Of a stretch of 64,000 bases of DNA, positions 8,776-18,291 are shown piece by piece. This DNA is from a virus. Its lineage: Duplodnaviria; Heunggongvirae; Uroviricota; Caudoviricetes. The notes under the pieces were generated by a model. That model worked only from the letters and a program-made list of their open reading frames with translations. It searched no databases and was not told the DNA's origin. The first letter of the stretch is position 1, and each line of letters opens with the position of its first letter. The DNA is taken from IMG/VR virus record IMGVR_UViG_3300037312_000757. The stretch is one strand, 5' to 3'. The translations under genes were made by a program, and so were the position numbers.

Positions 8776-9060
8776 TCAATAAAACTGACCGCGGCTCTGA
8801 TATGTGGCCACTTTGTCTTGTTCAAAGCGTAGCTCCGTCTTGAGCCTTTCCACTTCGTCTGTTAGCACATCAACTTCGGATTCAAGCTTGTCAAGGATAG
8901 GCTTGATGTCGTTGAAGTAGACTTGGTGCATTTCCGCGTACAAGAAATGGCGTTCATCGTCAGTCATTCCACTTGACATTTCGTCGTGCTTGTCTAGACC
9001 CCAGTCATGTCGCATAGTCAGACACATGGCCAGCACGATTGGGTTATTCATCTCAACCAT
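8776..9060 (-). CDS. Hypothetical protein with C-terminal coiled coil
   Basis: ORF track; SD-like GGAAGAG. Confidence 0.65.
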   Translation of the reverse strand: MVEMNNPIVLAMCLTMRHDWGLDKHDEMSSGMTDDERHFLYAEMHQVYFNDIKPILDKLESEVDVLTDEVERLKTELRFEQDKVATYQSRGQFY

Positions 9061-9512
9061 TTTTCTCTTCCTTCATCTTTTCGATTTGTTTCTTTGTTTG
9101 GCGCTCGATCCATGACACATATGCAACAAAAGAGCCGACGATCAGCGCGAAGATAGCAACAATCATTTTCTTCTCAAGGTAGTAATACTTTTGACAGTGC
9201 GTCTCGATAATCTATTCCATTGGCGCCAATAATAATGACAGTCGCAACCACAACTACTGCCAACACTCCGAACGCCATACCGGTGATTTTCAAGGTTTCA
9301 TTTTTCATTTACGTTCTTCTTAATCGCAATTCGATGTAAAACTACTTTCTGTAATTCAACGAGTTTGCGTTCCAGAAGCGTAATGGGAATGACGCTCCGT
9401 TGACTAAGAGCCCCTACAAGGTGATTCTCGGATCGTTTCGACACCCGCGCAGCATGCACAGAAGCCAGACGCTTGGAGGCTCTTCTGCCTGACCAGCGAC
9501 GCTTTGGTTGCA

Positions 9513-9839
9513 TTATTGCTCCAGTGGGCCGTTCTTTGCGAACTCGCCAGTACCGTAGTAGTTAGCAAGCTTCTTTAATTTCTTGGCTTTCGCCTTCGAG
9601 ATACCTTCGGGCGTGACGCCAATTTTGTTGTTGACTAGAATGTCAACGATCGCAAGCACGTCGCCAATTTCTTGTTCAAGTTGTTGATACTTTGGCACCG
9701 CACCCGGTGTATCAGGATCAATATCGGTGAGACCAAAGCGTAATGCTTTGGATACGCACAGACCAACTTCCTTGCATTCTTCAGACAGAAGATGCAGGTT
9801 CATATTTATGTTGTTGAATTGTTCTAGTTCTTTTGACAT
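9513..9839 (-). CDS. MazG-like nucleotide pyrophosphohydrolase
   Basis: LSEECKEV...KALRFG...LEQEIGDVLAIVDIL: ExxE...ExxD metal-binding pattern. Confidence 0.6.
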   Translation of the reverse strand: MSKELEQFNNINMNLHLLSEECKEVGLCVSKALRFGLTDIDPDTPGAVPKYQQLEQEIGDVLAIVDILVNNKIGVTPEGISKAKAKKLKKLANYYGTGEFAKNGPLEQ

Positions 9840-9907
9840 GGGAAACCATGTTCCAAATAAAATGGCGGAACACTGTCCGCCATTTTACAGAACTATACCA
9901 ACCCAGC

Positions 9908-10372
9908 CTAATTGTTTAGCGCCGGATTCGGTGCATTGTTGCCAAGCATCTGCTCACGCAGCCACGCCACAAACTCGGCGCGCGCTTCTTCGTATGTCTT
10001 CTGCTTGCCTTCGATCGCATAGCTTAGATCGTCGAACGTTTGTTGCAGTTTGACTGCCTGCTTGCGTGTCATGCCCAGCAATGCAAGCATTGTGCGATCG
10101 CCGAACGTTTCCCAAACTACACCGCGTGAATCGATGCACTTCTGGAAATTGTCCAGCTTCATCTCGGCAATCTGCTTGCGTCGTGATGCACCGATCAGAT
10201 AACCGATTGGACACGAGACCTTACGGCCTTTGTACGTTCGTTCGTATTCGCCCATCACATAGAGCGATATATGCCCGTTTGCGACAGCATTGTACACCTT
10301 GATGATGGCGTCGTGATATGTGGCCGGGCACATGAAGCCGTCAATCTCGACCTTGTTAGATCTGGTGCTCAC
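9908..10372 (-). CDS. Hypothetical protein, distant paralog of 42738..43558
   Basis: CPIGYLI...LQQTFDD vs CAIGCLI...LQDVHD. Confidence 0.55.
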   Translation of the reverse strand: MSTRSNKVEIDGFMCPATYHDAIIKVYNAVANGHISLYVMGEYERTYKGRKVSCPIGYLIGASRRKQIAEMKLDNFQKCIDSRGVVWETFGDRTMLALLGMTRKQAVKLQQTFDDLSYAIEGKQKTYEEARAEFVAWLREQMLGNNAPNPALNN

Positions 10373-10796
10373 TTTCTTCCCCTTTGTCAAGTTCTGGATT
10401 AGGGTAATCAGGACGGTTCGCCAACAACGATTCGAGAAATTCGTCGTAGGCGAGACGTGCTTCTTGCGCATCGAGTCGCTCTTTTGGAAGTCCCTGCGTG
10501 CGATGCGCATCCAGCAGGTTCCAATACGAAATGAGTTCGATGATTTCGTTCATCTCCATACCGAATGCACGTTGAAGCACAACTTGCATATTCACATGAG
10601 GAGATGACGTGACGATGAACTTTTGAAACTCTTCGTCGGTAAGCATGTGGCCGACCGGTCCACGTTTGTCGACTCGACTGTTGGGACCAAGTTCAACATA
10701 TTCGGGAAAGCCAAAGCTGATCTCACCGTACTTGAGTGCGTCACGCAGCTCTTGCAGACCAGCGTGGTAGCTTTTGGGGATGACTTTTGCTGTCAT
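10356..10796 (-). CDS. Hypothetical protein
   Basis: ORF track; ATGA overlap. Confidence 0.6.
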   Translation of the reverse strand: MTAKVIPKSYHAGLQELRDALKYGEISFGFPEYVELGPNSRVDKRGPVGHMLTDEEFQKFIVTSSPHVNMQVVLQRAFGMEMNEIIELISYWNLLDAHRTQGLPKERLDAQEARLAYDEFLESLLANRPDYPNPELDKGEESEHQI

Positions 10797-11083
10797 TTGA
10801 GCTCCCGGCATGCTGCGGTGATTGCCATCAGGATCTTCGGATCTTTTGTGTACGGAAGCAGACCTGAAAGGAAGTCGACAAACGTATCTTGCGACGCGGT
10901 GATACGACGTGCAAGATCATGAAATCCGGCCTTGAATTCTGCTTCGTCTTCTGTGCAGTATTCGCAGACGCCAGGGTCGCCCTGGATCACTTTGGTGAAG
11001 ACGGGGCAGTCGGGAGCACTGTATTTGCAACCGTGTGTTGCGCAACAGTGCGTCTTATGCACGCCGTACTTAGCTTGATCCAC
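10793..11083 (-). CDS. Cys/His-rich hypothetical protein
   Basis: HCCATHGCKY...CPV...CEYC; first gene of a cassette. Confidence 0.65.
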   Translation of the reverse strand: MDQAKYGVHKTHCCATHGCKYSAPDCPVFTKVIQGDPGVCEYCTEDEAEFKAGFHDLARRITASQDTFVDFLSGLLPYTKDPKILMAITAACRELK

Positions 11084-11088
11084 ATGAA

Positions 11089-11140
11089 CCTCCGTTCGTT
11101 ACCATACTCACATGGTAACTTCATATGAACAAAGGATCAA
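11089..11140 (-). promoter_or_regulatory. Early promoter/RBS unit (degenerate stem)
   Basis: TTGATC-17-TACCAT, dyad TTCATATGAA, GGAGG. Confidence 0.75.
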
Positions 11141-11598
11141 CAGTGTTTCAGGATGAATGCTACGAGGTCAGAATCATTGGTGGGGAGCTTTTCATATCCC
11201 CATTCACCGTCATCACGCTCGCACCATACGCGAATTGGTAAGTCGGCCCAGAACGTTTTCAGTTCTTTGGTCGTGTTGATCATACCAGGCAAAGTTGGTT
11301 CAAACTTGATTAGTTCCGCACCAACGAACTGGAAACTACGTGACGAGAACAGCTTGCCATGTGTATTGTACATCTTCTTCCACAACTCAGGACACATCAC
11401 ACCACTCAACGCCAAACTGCACGGTTTTGACTTTGTCCTCGCCAAGGTTTGATAATGGATCATGATCGGAATATCCATTATCCACTTGTCACCTATGCGT
11501 TGAATGCTGTAGAAACGGCGATGATGCTTGAGCGATCGCATGTCGTTCTTCATGCGCTGATCTGTGTAACGATAGTCCCAGTATTTCAGCTTATTCAT
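11137..11598 (-). CDS. Hypothetical protein
   Basis: ORF track. Confidence 0.6.
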   Translation of the reverse strand: MNKLKYWDYRYTDQRMKNDMRSLKHHRRFYSIQRIGDKWIMDIPIMIHYQTLARTKSKPCSLALSGVMCPELWKKMYNTHGKLFSSRSFQFVGAELIKFEPTLPGMINTTKELKTFWADLPIRVWCERDDGEWGYEKLPTNDSDLVAFILKHC

Positions 11599-11884
11599 TT
11601 GATAGTATCAAGGCGATCGCGTCAGCGTCTTGACCAGGCAACAGGATAACTGGTTCGTTTTGATCGTTAAAGGCAACACGAGTGATCGTGAAGCCTTTCG
11701 TATTCATCCATCGTTGCGTGTACGACAACGCTTCTTTAAGCGTTGTACAGTTGAACTCGCATTGAAATTCGTTCTCCAAATAGCAGACGCGCCAGCCTGG
11801 CGTTAGATCGTCTACTTCATATCCGTCATTGGCGTCAAATTGGAGGACGTGGAGTTCTTTTTCTTTTTCTGGGTATCGTGTCAT
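11591..11884 (-). CDS. Hypothetical protein
   Basis: ORF track; overlapping operon. Confidence 0.6.
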   Translation of the reverse strand: MTRYPEKEKELHVLQFDANDGYEVDDLTPGWRVCYLENEFQCEFNCTTLKEALSYTQRWMNTKGFTITRVAFNDQNEPVILLPGQDADAIALILSNE

Positions 11885-12267
11885 GTGTATGTCAAAACCG
11901 TTTGCAACTCTACTAGCTCGTTGCGCTCGATTTTAACACACTCATTGCCATCCTCGGGGTTCGGATAAACCACGATTTGGCGATCGATCCACGAACCTTG
12001 CAGCTCTTTCACGATCATGAACGCGTCTTTGAAGAACTCGTACGTATCAGGAATGCTGCCATTCGGGAACTCGCGTCGATTCAAGCCGACGATACCATTC
12101 GACTGCACGAACGCAGATAAACCCTCCCTACCATTTTCCATAGGGACGATCACGCTCCATTCCTTCTCGTTGACCTTGATGATGTTGTAGGTTGATTCGG
12201 GAGGGATCTGAGGGGCACCCCAGTTGAATGCCCGCAGCTTGACGAAGTGTTTCTTTTTCTTTGCCAT
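11881..12267 (-). CDS. Hypothetical protein
   Basis: Likely start MAKKKKHF at 12267. Confidence 0.6.
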   Translation of the reverse strand: MAKKKKHFVKLRAFNWGAPQIPPESTYNIIKVNEKEWSVIVPMENGREGLSAFVQSNGIVGLNRREFPNGSIPDTYEFFKDAFMIVKELQGSWIDRQIVVYPNPEDGNECVKIERNELVELQTVLTYT

Positions 12268-12292
12268 GTCAGATCTCTGTGTGGCGGTCGCG

Positions 12293-12481
12293 TTATTCGT
12301 CGTATTCGTTCGTTGCTTCGAGATCGCCCGCGAGCACAATGATTTCCTTGCCCGATGTGATGCTTTCGACCAGCACTTCGGTTGCATGACCCTTGATTGC
12401 ACCCAGCCTCTTCACGCGCACATCAGCGCCAGTGCGCCGGAAACGATACGTGTTGTTTGCGACGACGTCTTGCAGTTGCAT
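12293..12481 (-). CDS. Hypothetical protein
   Basis: SD AGGAG; promoter TTGACT-17-TATCAT at 12547-12575. Confidence 0.6.
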   Translation of the reverse strand: MQLQDVVANNTYRFRRTGADVRVKRLGAIKGHATEVLVESITSGKEIIVLAGDLEATNEYDE

Positions 12482-12619
12482 GGTTGTTCTCCTTTTTGGG
12501 TTCCTGATTATACGCGTTCTGCTTGCTTGTGCAGCAGCTATTCATATGATATATGGTGCTTAGGCGCCAGTCAAGCGAAAGGCGAGACTAGTCTCGCCTT
12601 TGTTACCACTTCACTTGCT

Positions 12620-13810
12620 TTACTGGGTGACGCTTACACCGTAGTCAGCGTTCATGCTGTCGATCTTGCCCTGGAAAGGGATGATCCAGTTGATCCATGT
12701 ACCGCCACCAGGAAACTGACTGTTGCCGACGTAGATTTGTGACGAGTTGCTGCCGACCGTCTTCTCGATGTCACTGTAACCGTACACGCTTGGACCGTAT
12801 GTAAGATGCACGTTCGTCGTGTAGATAGCACCGTTGACCGTCAACACGTCCAGCGTCGTCTCGTACTGTGGATTGTACGGTAGTTGTGTTTCGCTTGCCT
12901 GGGTGAACGTGTTGTCACCAGCATTCTTGAAGATCGTCGGAATGAACGGGTTGGGATTGTTTGCGTTCCCATCGGGAGCAGTGCCGGCCAGGAACAGATC
13001 AAACTTGCCAGTGTTGTTGAAATCAATCAACTCAGTCGTATAGATCTGCGTATTCTTGCAAGCAGCGCACGTCAGGCGTGTTGTGCTCTTGGTGAACGTG
13101 CCGTCGCCGTTGTTCACCAGGAAGTAAGGCATACCTGACACAATCGGATCAACTACCACCACGTCAGCATGGCCGTTGCCGTTAAAATCAGCGGCGGAAG
13201 CACTGTGGAAGAAACCGGTGAAGGGAAGTGTCACGTTCGTGTACTGGCCGTTCGGTTGACTGAGCAGAATGTGTGGTTGTTCACCCGAGAACGGAGGAGC
13301 ATCGAAGCCATGGCATGCAAAGAACACGTCAGGCTTGCCGTCACCGTTGAAGTCAGCCACAACAGCTTTGCGTGGATGCAGGCAACCGACGTTGTTGGAC
13401 AGAATGTCCGACGTGTGATCGACCCACGCACCATTCACTTTCTTGTAAAAGTGAATGTGGCCGTACTTGTTGACTGTAGACGGATCTTGTGAATTGTATT
13501 CAAGGCTGTGCGTCACCATCGAATACGTACCGTCCTGGAAGAAATCGGCGAATGCAACAGCATTACCAGCGCTTACTTCGCTTGGCAGGGATTGTGGGCC
13601 AATTGCTGCGGCTGCGGTGATCTTGTTGAGGTATGACGACTTCTGCACCGGGATGGGCGTTGCCGGCGTGGGATTGCTGGGTTGCGACGGGTTGCTTGGA
13701 TTCGAAGGTGTCGAGGGATTCGACGGGTTTGCGGGTGTCGAGCTGCCACCGCCCCCACCACCACACGCGGTGAGAAAAGCGGCTAAGAGTACCACCAGGT
13801 ATTTTTTCAT
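12620..13810 (-). CDS. Lipoprotein with FG-GAP/VCBS repeats
   Basis: Lipobox LTAC followed by GGGGGG; P/S/N linker; repeats ADFNGDGKPDV, ADFNGNGHADV, IDFNNTGKFDL; promoter TTGACT-17-TACCAT at 13842-13870. Confidence 0.8.
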   Translation of the reverse strand: MKKYLVVLLAAFLTACGGGGGGSSTPANPSNPSTPSNPSNPSQPSNPTPATPIPVQKSSYLNKITAAAAIGPQSLPSEVSAGNAVAFADFFQDGTYSMVTHSLEYNSQDPSTVNKYGHIHFYKKVNGAWVDHTSDILSNNVGCLHPRKAVVADFNGDGKPDVFFACHGFDAPPFSGEQPHILLSQPNGQYTNVTLPFTGFFHSASAADFNGNGHADVVVVDPIVSGMPYFLVNNGDGTFTKSTTRLTCAACKNTQIYTTELIDFNNTGKFDLFLAGTAPDGNANNPNPFIPTIFKNAGDNTFTQASETQLPYNPQYETTLDVLTVNGAIYTTNVHLTYGPSVYGYSDIEKTVGSNSSQIYVGNSQFPGGGTWINWIIPFQGKIDSMNADYGVSVTQ

Positions 13811-13896
13811 CTGACTCTCCTATAGAGTTATTAGCAACAAGATGGTAAGGTGGTACCATTGCCAAGTCAACAGAAAGGTGAACAATTACCAATCAC

Positions 13897-13927
13897 AAAA
13901 AGAGCGAGCATATAGCTCGCTCTTTTC
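13897..13927. terminator. Intrinsic terminator
   Basis: AAAAGAGCGAGC-atata-GCTCGCTCTTTT. Confidence 0.8.
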
Positions 13928-13943
13928 TTACATCAGTTGATGC

Positions 13944-15347
13944 TTACACACCAAGCTGATCGTAACGCGGCGTCATCAGCGCTTCGCGCATGATGTCAAC
14001 CGGTGTCACAGTCGTGCCGCTCAGGATCGAGCGCAGCGTTGCCGGGCTGTAACCCGACACCAGCGCCGTACCACCCTGATCGAAGCGCACCGGAACGTTG
14101 CCTTCGCGAGCGTTCAGGTTCCACCAGATGATGTTCGGCAGTTCGTAACCAGCCGCTTGGAACAGCGTGCGAGCGGTTTCGAACAGCGTGCTGCCTGCAT
14201 GCGACGCGTTGAACTCCATGTCGCTCAGCACCATCAGGTATTTCGGCATGTCAGCATGCGCAACTTGGTTGCGTTGTGCCACACGCAGAATTTCCTTGAA
14301 CGCCGCTTCGAGGTTCGTGCTACCACCCCAGTGAGCGTGACGCATCTGATGCTGCTTTGCGACGATGTCGCCCTTCAGCACTTCGATCGACGGGCTCGTC
14401 GAGAACGTCAGGAACATGTCCTGGAACGGGCCCGTTTGCTTGTCTGCAATGTACAGACCAAGCGCGATTGCCATATCCATGCACGTCATGCTGTTCGAAC
14501 CACCAACCGGGCACGTCATCGACGCCGACACGTCCACCATCGGGAGGATTTTGTCATCACCGAGGTAGTTCGGCAGAGCATCCCACTGCGCCTTCGATAC
14601 CGCCACGTCACCGTTGTGCATGCCCTTCAGCACGTCATACGGATACACAGCAGCAGCATTGATCTTCGCTTCGCCCTTGCTCAGAGCGTCCTTGTACTTC
14701 GCGTAAGCATCAGCAGCGTTGCGGCCGAATGCCTTCTGGTAACGCGAAGCTGCCAGCGACGGGATCTTGCCGAACTCGATCGAGTTCCAGTCCTTCGCGC
14801 ACATCTTCGTTTCCACGACGTTCGTCAGACCAGACAGCAGCGTGCGGTACGCACGCGGCGTCAGGCCCATGAATTCGCGCAGCTCGTTCGCCACCTTCGA
14901 GTGCTTCGACTTTTCACGCGGCATCCACTTCGCGCACAGCGCATCACCATCCTTCAGCGCACGGTCGATCAGTGCGAACGACGCATGCTTCAGACGGTCA
15001 GTCGTCAGGACGAACAGGTCATCCCAGCGGCCATACACCGGCACGAACGGCAGCAGGAGTTCTGCGTCGTTCGGGTGGTTCGCTTCCAGGAACGACAGAA
15101 GCGACTTGAACGTTTGACGTTCACCGAGACCACCACGGATGTCTCGAGCATATGCCAGGCAGCGCAGTGTCAGGCCACGGTCGGCAGCATATGCGCGTGC
15201 AAACGCACCCGTGATGTCCTTGCCGCGGCTTGCGCCGATCGAGAAGAACAGGTCCACGACTGCGTCGAGGCTGGAAATCAGTGTCGCCGCGCCATTCGCG
15301 GTTTGACCGTAAACTTCAGTTTGTTGAACAGCTTGCTTGAACGACAT
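13944..15347 (-). CDS. DUF2828-type vWA-domain protein (TROVE/Ro60-like architecture)
   Basis: N-terminal T.NGA, RDIRGG.GER, GRWDDL, AKW.PRE; vWA MIDAS VDVSASM, WGGSTN, LSDMEF, VSGYS. Confidence 0.8.
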   Translation of the reverse strand: MSFKQAVQQTEVYGQTANGAATLISSLDAVVDLFFSIGASRGKDITGAFARAYAADRGLTLRCLAYARDIRGGLGERQTFKSLLSFLEANHPNDAELLLPFVPVYGRWDDLFVLTTDRLKHASFALIDRALKDGDALCAKWMPREKSKHSKVANELREFMGLTPRAYRTLLSGLTNVVETKMCAKDWNSIEFGKIPSLAASRYQKAFGRNAADAYAKYKDALSKGEAKINAAAVYPYDVLKGMHNGDVAVSKAQWDALPNYLGDDKILPMVDVSASMTCPVGGSNSMTCMDMAIALGLYIADKQTGPFQDMFLTFSTSPSIEVLKGDIVAKQHQMRHAHWGGSTNLEAAFKEILRVAQRNQVAHADMPKYLMVLSDMEFNASHAGSTLFETARTLFQAAGYELPNIIWWNLNAREGNVPVRFDQGGTALVSGYSPATLRSILSGTTVTPVDIMREALMTPRYDQLGV

Positions 15348-15597
15348 ATGATTTCTCCTTTTTCTTGGTTAAACGGGGCTGGCCTTTTGGCACACGTTGT
15401 TGATTTCAGCCCCAACAATTTCATCTACAAAGTAGGCTCAACTCTACAGATGAGTCGCCAAACAGTCAACAAAAGAATTGCCACTTTATTGAAAATTGGT
15501 GTTCGTTGTTTTGCCCTACGAACCGTTGAACGAACATTGCAGTCTGCACTCAAAAAGAAAGCGATGCAAGTATAATTTGCATCGCTTCATAAAAATA

Positions 15598-16116
15598 TCA
15601 GTACGCTAGTTTCGGCGACCGATATGAGGGGATTCCGTCCAACTTGTCGACGTTCACCAGGTGAATCTGCCGACCAGTGTCTCTATAAGTAAGAGTCACG
15701 TCTTGCACTACGTCATCAAGTAACGCAATGTTTCTCGCATCCGGGTACATCGCGTTTGCGAAGTTGATGAAGCCTTGCTGCTTTCCACGTGTGTTGATGT
15801 AATCAGTGACACCCTGCCCAACTGATCGTGGATCAAACCAGCGATCACCAGTGAACTTGGTGTCGATCTTCATCATTTCAAGCACAGATGGCCATGTTGT
15901 TATGCTTATGCCGAACGCATCTGCGAGGCCAACTTTGATCTCTTTCTCGAAGATTTCTTTGTCCGCATCGTTGTAGATGGCGAAACTAAAAATGCCGACC
16001 TCGGTGATCTGGTGCTCTTTCAACCAGTCACGCACTTTCTGAACATTGGTGAAGTAACGATCGTGCCAACTGACGATCACTGTTTCTTCCAAATCCAGAA
16101 AGACTTTGTCGTACAT
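15598..16116 (-). CDS. HAD-superfamily phosphatase-like protein
   Basis: Motif I-like FLDLEET; motif IV-like LLDD. Confidence 0.5.
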   Translation of the reverse strand: MYDKVFLDLEETVIVSWHDRYFTNVQKVRDWLKEHQITEVGIFSFAIYNDADKEIFEKEIKVGLADAFGISITTWPSVLEMMKIDTKFTGDRWFDPRSVGQGVTDYINTRGKQQGFINFANAMYPDARNIALLDDVVQDVTLTYRDTGRQIHLVNVDKLDGIPSYRSPKLAY

Positions 16117-16302
16117 TCATTCCTCTTTGAAAGTGATTTCGACGAATGCTTCTCGAATACGGTAGCGCCGTGCATCACCACAAGCATCACGCATCCGTTC
16201 CAGTTTTGTTTCTGCTTGTGCCAGCGTCCAGTAAGGACCACCGACAACTTTATTCAGATCACGACCAACTGTATCAACAATGAAATACGCGTCAACGTTC
16301 AT
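16117..16302 (-). CDS. Hypothetical protein
   Basis: ORF track; abuts the next gene. Confidence 0.55.
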   Translation of the reverse strand: MNVDAYFIVDTVGRDLNKVVGGPYWTLAQAETKLERMRDACGDARRYRIREAFVEITFKEE

Positions 16303-16501
16303 GAGACCTTACTCTTTGCGTGCAGTACGGCAAGATTATGTGTCTAAGCCACCAACTTGTAAAGCAAAATCTGCAACAAAAATACTTGTTCAGCAAAGTT
16401 TGCTTGTTCGCTGCATCCCGTCTCATCGTTCAATGAAGAACGGTTGCCATATTCGCAATACTACACGAAGACTGGCAACCGTCAAGCAAAAAATGGCAAG
16501 C

Positions 16502-16951
16502 TTACTTGAACGTAACCTTGAAACACACCTTGTTGCGAACCGTGTCGATGGCGTTACCCAGGAAGGAATCGCTGAGTGGTTCACCACCGCCAATTCTGGC
16601 GTTGTACTTGCGAATGCGACGTTCGGTCTTCCAAGTTTGCAGTTTGACACCGACGAAGCCGACGATCAGCATGATGTAAAAGATTATTGCAACGACTGCT
16701 GGCCCTTCTGCTCTTGGTATCGTTGCGTGTGTTCGCGAAGCGACCCATACCTTGTAGAAGTAATACAACATGTCACCAGTGCAGAACAACGCCGCTCCAA
16801 GGAGAGCGATAACGCACGACAAGCGTAACATGCCCTTCATGACTTCTTTCATGTAAGAGCAGAAACTCTTCTCGTCATCTTTCCATGCGTCACCGAACTC
16901 AGTCGCCAACCAATAATGCCAGCTGTTCTTTTTCAGTGTGATCGTTTTCAT
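16502..16951 (-). CDS. Membrane protein (2 TM)
   Basis: Two hydrophobic segments. Confidence 0.65.
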   Translation of the reverse strand: MKTITLKKNSWHYWLATEFGDAWKDDEKSFCSYMKEVMKGMLRLSCVIALLGAALFCTGDMLYYFYKVWVASRTHATIPRAEGPAVVAIIFYIMLIVGFVGVKLQTWKTERRIRKYNARIGGGEPLSDSFLGNAIDTVRNKVCFKVTFK

Positions 16952-17388
16952 TCTTCTTCTCCTCGTCTGTCTGCAAATACCGCGTCAGGTGAAAGCTCAG
17001 GTTCGTCATCAATGAGCTTCTGCAGGGTTTCTGCATATTCCATCAATGCGGTTGCCGATACTTTTGTGACCATGTGTTGTCCGCCAAATCGAACGCCGAC
17101 AATATGCCCTTCAATTGTAATTGTCCATGAATGAACAATCAATGCCAGTTTGCTCAGTTCGGCAAAGTCATCTGGCTTCATCATCTCAGCCCACACCTTT
17201 GATGACGAAGATTTGCTGCGTGTAATCAACTGGTAGTGATAGAAAACTGATGTGCGAACAAGGTGGTTTAGACTGTGCTCAAAGCAGTGATTCGTGATGT
17301 TGGAAGCGTCTGACTGCGTAATATACGCTTGCCAGTATCTCTTCAACTCGACGATCGACTGCTCGAGATTACGTTTTGATTGGCCCAT
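16948..17388 (-). CDS. Hypothetical protein (may be two genes, second starting MMKPDD)
   Basis: ORF track; start uncertain. Confidence 0.45.
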   Translation of the reverse strand: MGQSKRNLEQSIVELKRYWQAYITQSDASNITNHCFEHSLNHLVRTSVFYHYQLITRSKSSSSKVWAEMMKPDDFAELSKLALIVHSWTITIEGHIVGVRFGGQHMVTKVSATALMEYAETLQKLIDDEPELSPDAVFADRRGEEE

Positions 17389-17587
17389 GCTTCTTGTCCA
17401 GTGCCGCGAACAGCTTTTGTTCAGGGCTTGCGTGTCCTGCCAGGAATTCGTCGTACAGCTTGCGCAGCGATTCGGGCATCTGCTTGGACAAACCAGCATC
17501 GAAGGCATCGATTAGTTCGCGATTGCCCTTGTTGCTGGTCATTGCCCAGCTGACAAACATCTTCATGTTTCCGTTATTAGAGGCCAT
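17369..17587 (-). CDS. Hypothetical protein
   Basis: ORF track. Confidence 0.55.
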   Translation of the reverse strand: MASNNGNMKMFVSWAMTSNKGNRELIDAFDAGLSKQMPESLRKLYDEFLAGHASPEQKLFAALDKKHGPIKT

Positions 17588-17969
17588 GTTCTAGGTGATC
17601 GAATTGTTCTTGCAGTTGTTCGACGAATGTCGCCAGCTCTTGTATCGTAAGTTTTAACCTGCTCGTGTTCATAGAAACGCTTCCACCTGAACACGATACA
17701 AAGCCAGGAAAAACTTGCGACATGAAAAACTGCGAACCTTCACGTGACCGGCGAGTGATATAGTCCCACTCACCAGGCTTCTCAATCAAGTACAGATACA
17801 GTGAACTGGTGGAGTCCTTGTTCAGAGTGTCGATCATCCACACTGCATGATCGATGCTTTCACGTATGGCCGCATCTAAACGCTGACAATCTCGTGGTGA
17901 CAGTTCGTCTCGTTCTCCAAGCTCCTTCAGTACTTTGAGGGCTATGGACGGACTAAACAGTATCTTCAT
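17577..17969 (-). CDS. Hypothetical protein
   Basis: Likely start MKILFSP. Confidence 0.55.
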   Translation of the reverse strand: MKILFSPSIALKVLKELGERDELSPRDCQRLDAAIRESIDHAVWMIDTLNKDSTSSLYLYLIEKPGEWDYITRRSREGSQFFMSQVFPGFVSCSGGSVSMNTSRLKLTIQELATFVEQLQEQFDHLEHGL

Positions 17970-18195
17970 CGTCGTCCTCGTCGTCACGCGACAGCTCTTC
18001 TTTGCGGTTGTGAGCGGCGATGACGGCGTCAAGCTCCGTCCGCCCGAAACCGACAATGTGTTCACCGATAGCGTTGCACCACAGGATCGCTTTGTATTTC
18101 TTCTCGTCGACCTCACGCCATTCGTAATCGACCTCAGCACACGATGACGTGAGCCTGGCTGCTAGATCGATCGTCATACCTTCTCTACTATACAT
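17953..18195 (-). CDS. Hypothetical protein
   Basis: First gene after the 18207 element. Confidence 0.55.
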   Translation of the reverse strand: MYSREGMTIDLAARLTSSCAEVDYEWREVDEKKYKAILWCNAIGEHIVGFGRTELDAVIAAHNRKEELSRDDEDDDEDTV

Positions 18196-18206
18196 GAATG
18201 CTCCAG

Positions 18207-18251
18207 TTGCTTTATCGTTCATATGGTAAGTTCATATGAACGATAAAGCAA
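18207..18251 (-). promoter_or_regulatory. Stem-loop early promoter with perfect 19-bp inverted repeat
   Basis: TTGCTTTATCGTTCATATG / CATATGAACGATAAAGCAA, 7-nt loop; TTGCTT-17-TACCAT. Confidence 0.85.
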
Positions 18252-18291
18252 GAGCACGGATACCCGTGCTCTAAAGTAGTTTGTACCTGCT

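Noticed and set aside
9298-9513. Arg-rich 71-aa ORF or structured RNA
   Set aside because: Protein composition is atypical and the hairpins (GCAGAAG..CTTCTG, GGAGCGT/ACGCTTC) are modest; neither reading is well supported.
14157-15575. Long antisense ORFs (also 24862..25614, 32161..33560, 54506..56042, 21947..22771 and others)
   Set aside because: Shadow frames opposite well-supported genes with strong codon bias; no SD, no motifs.
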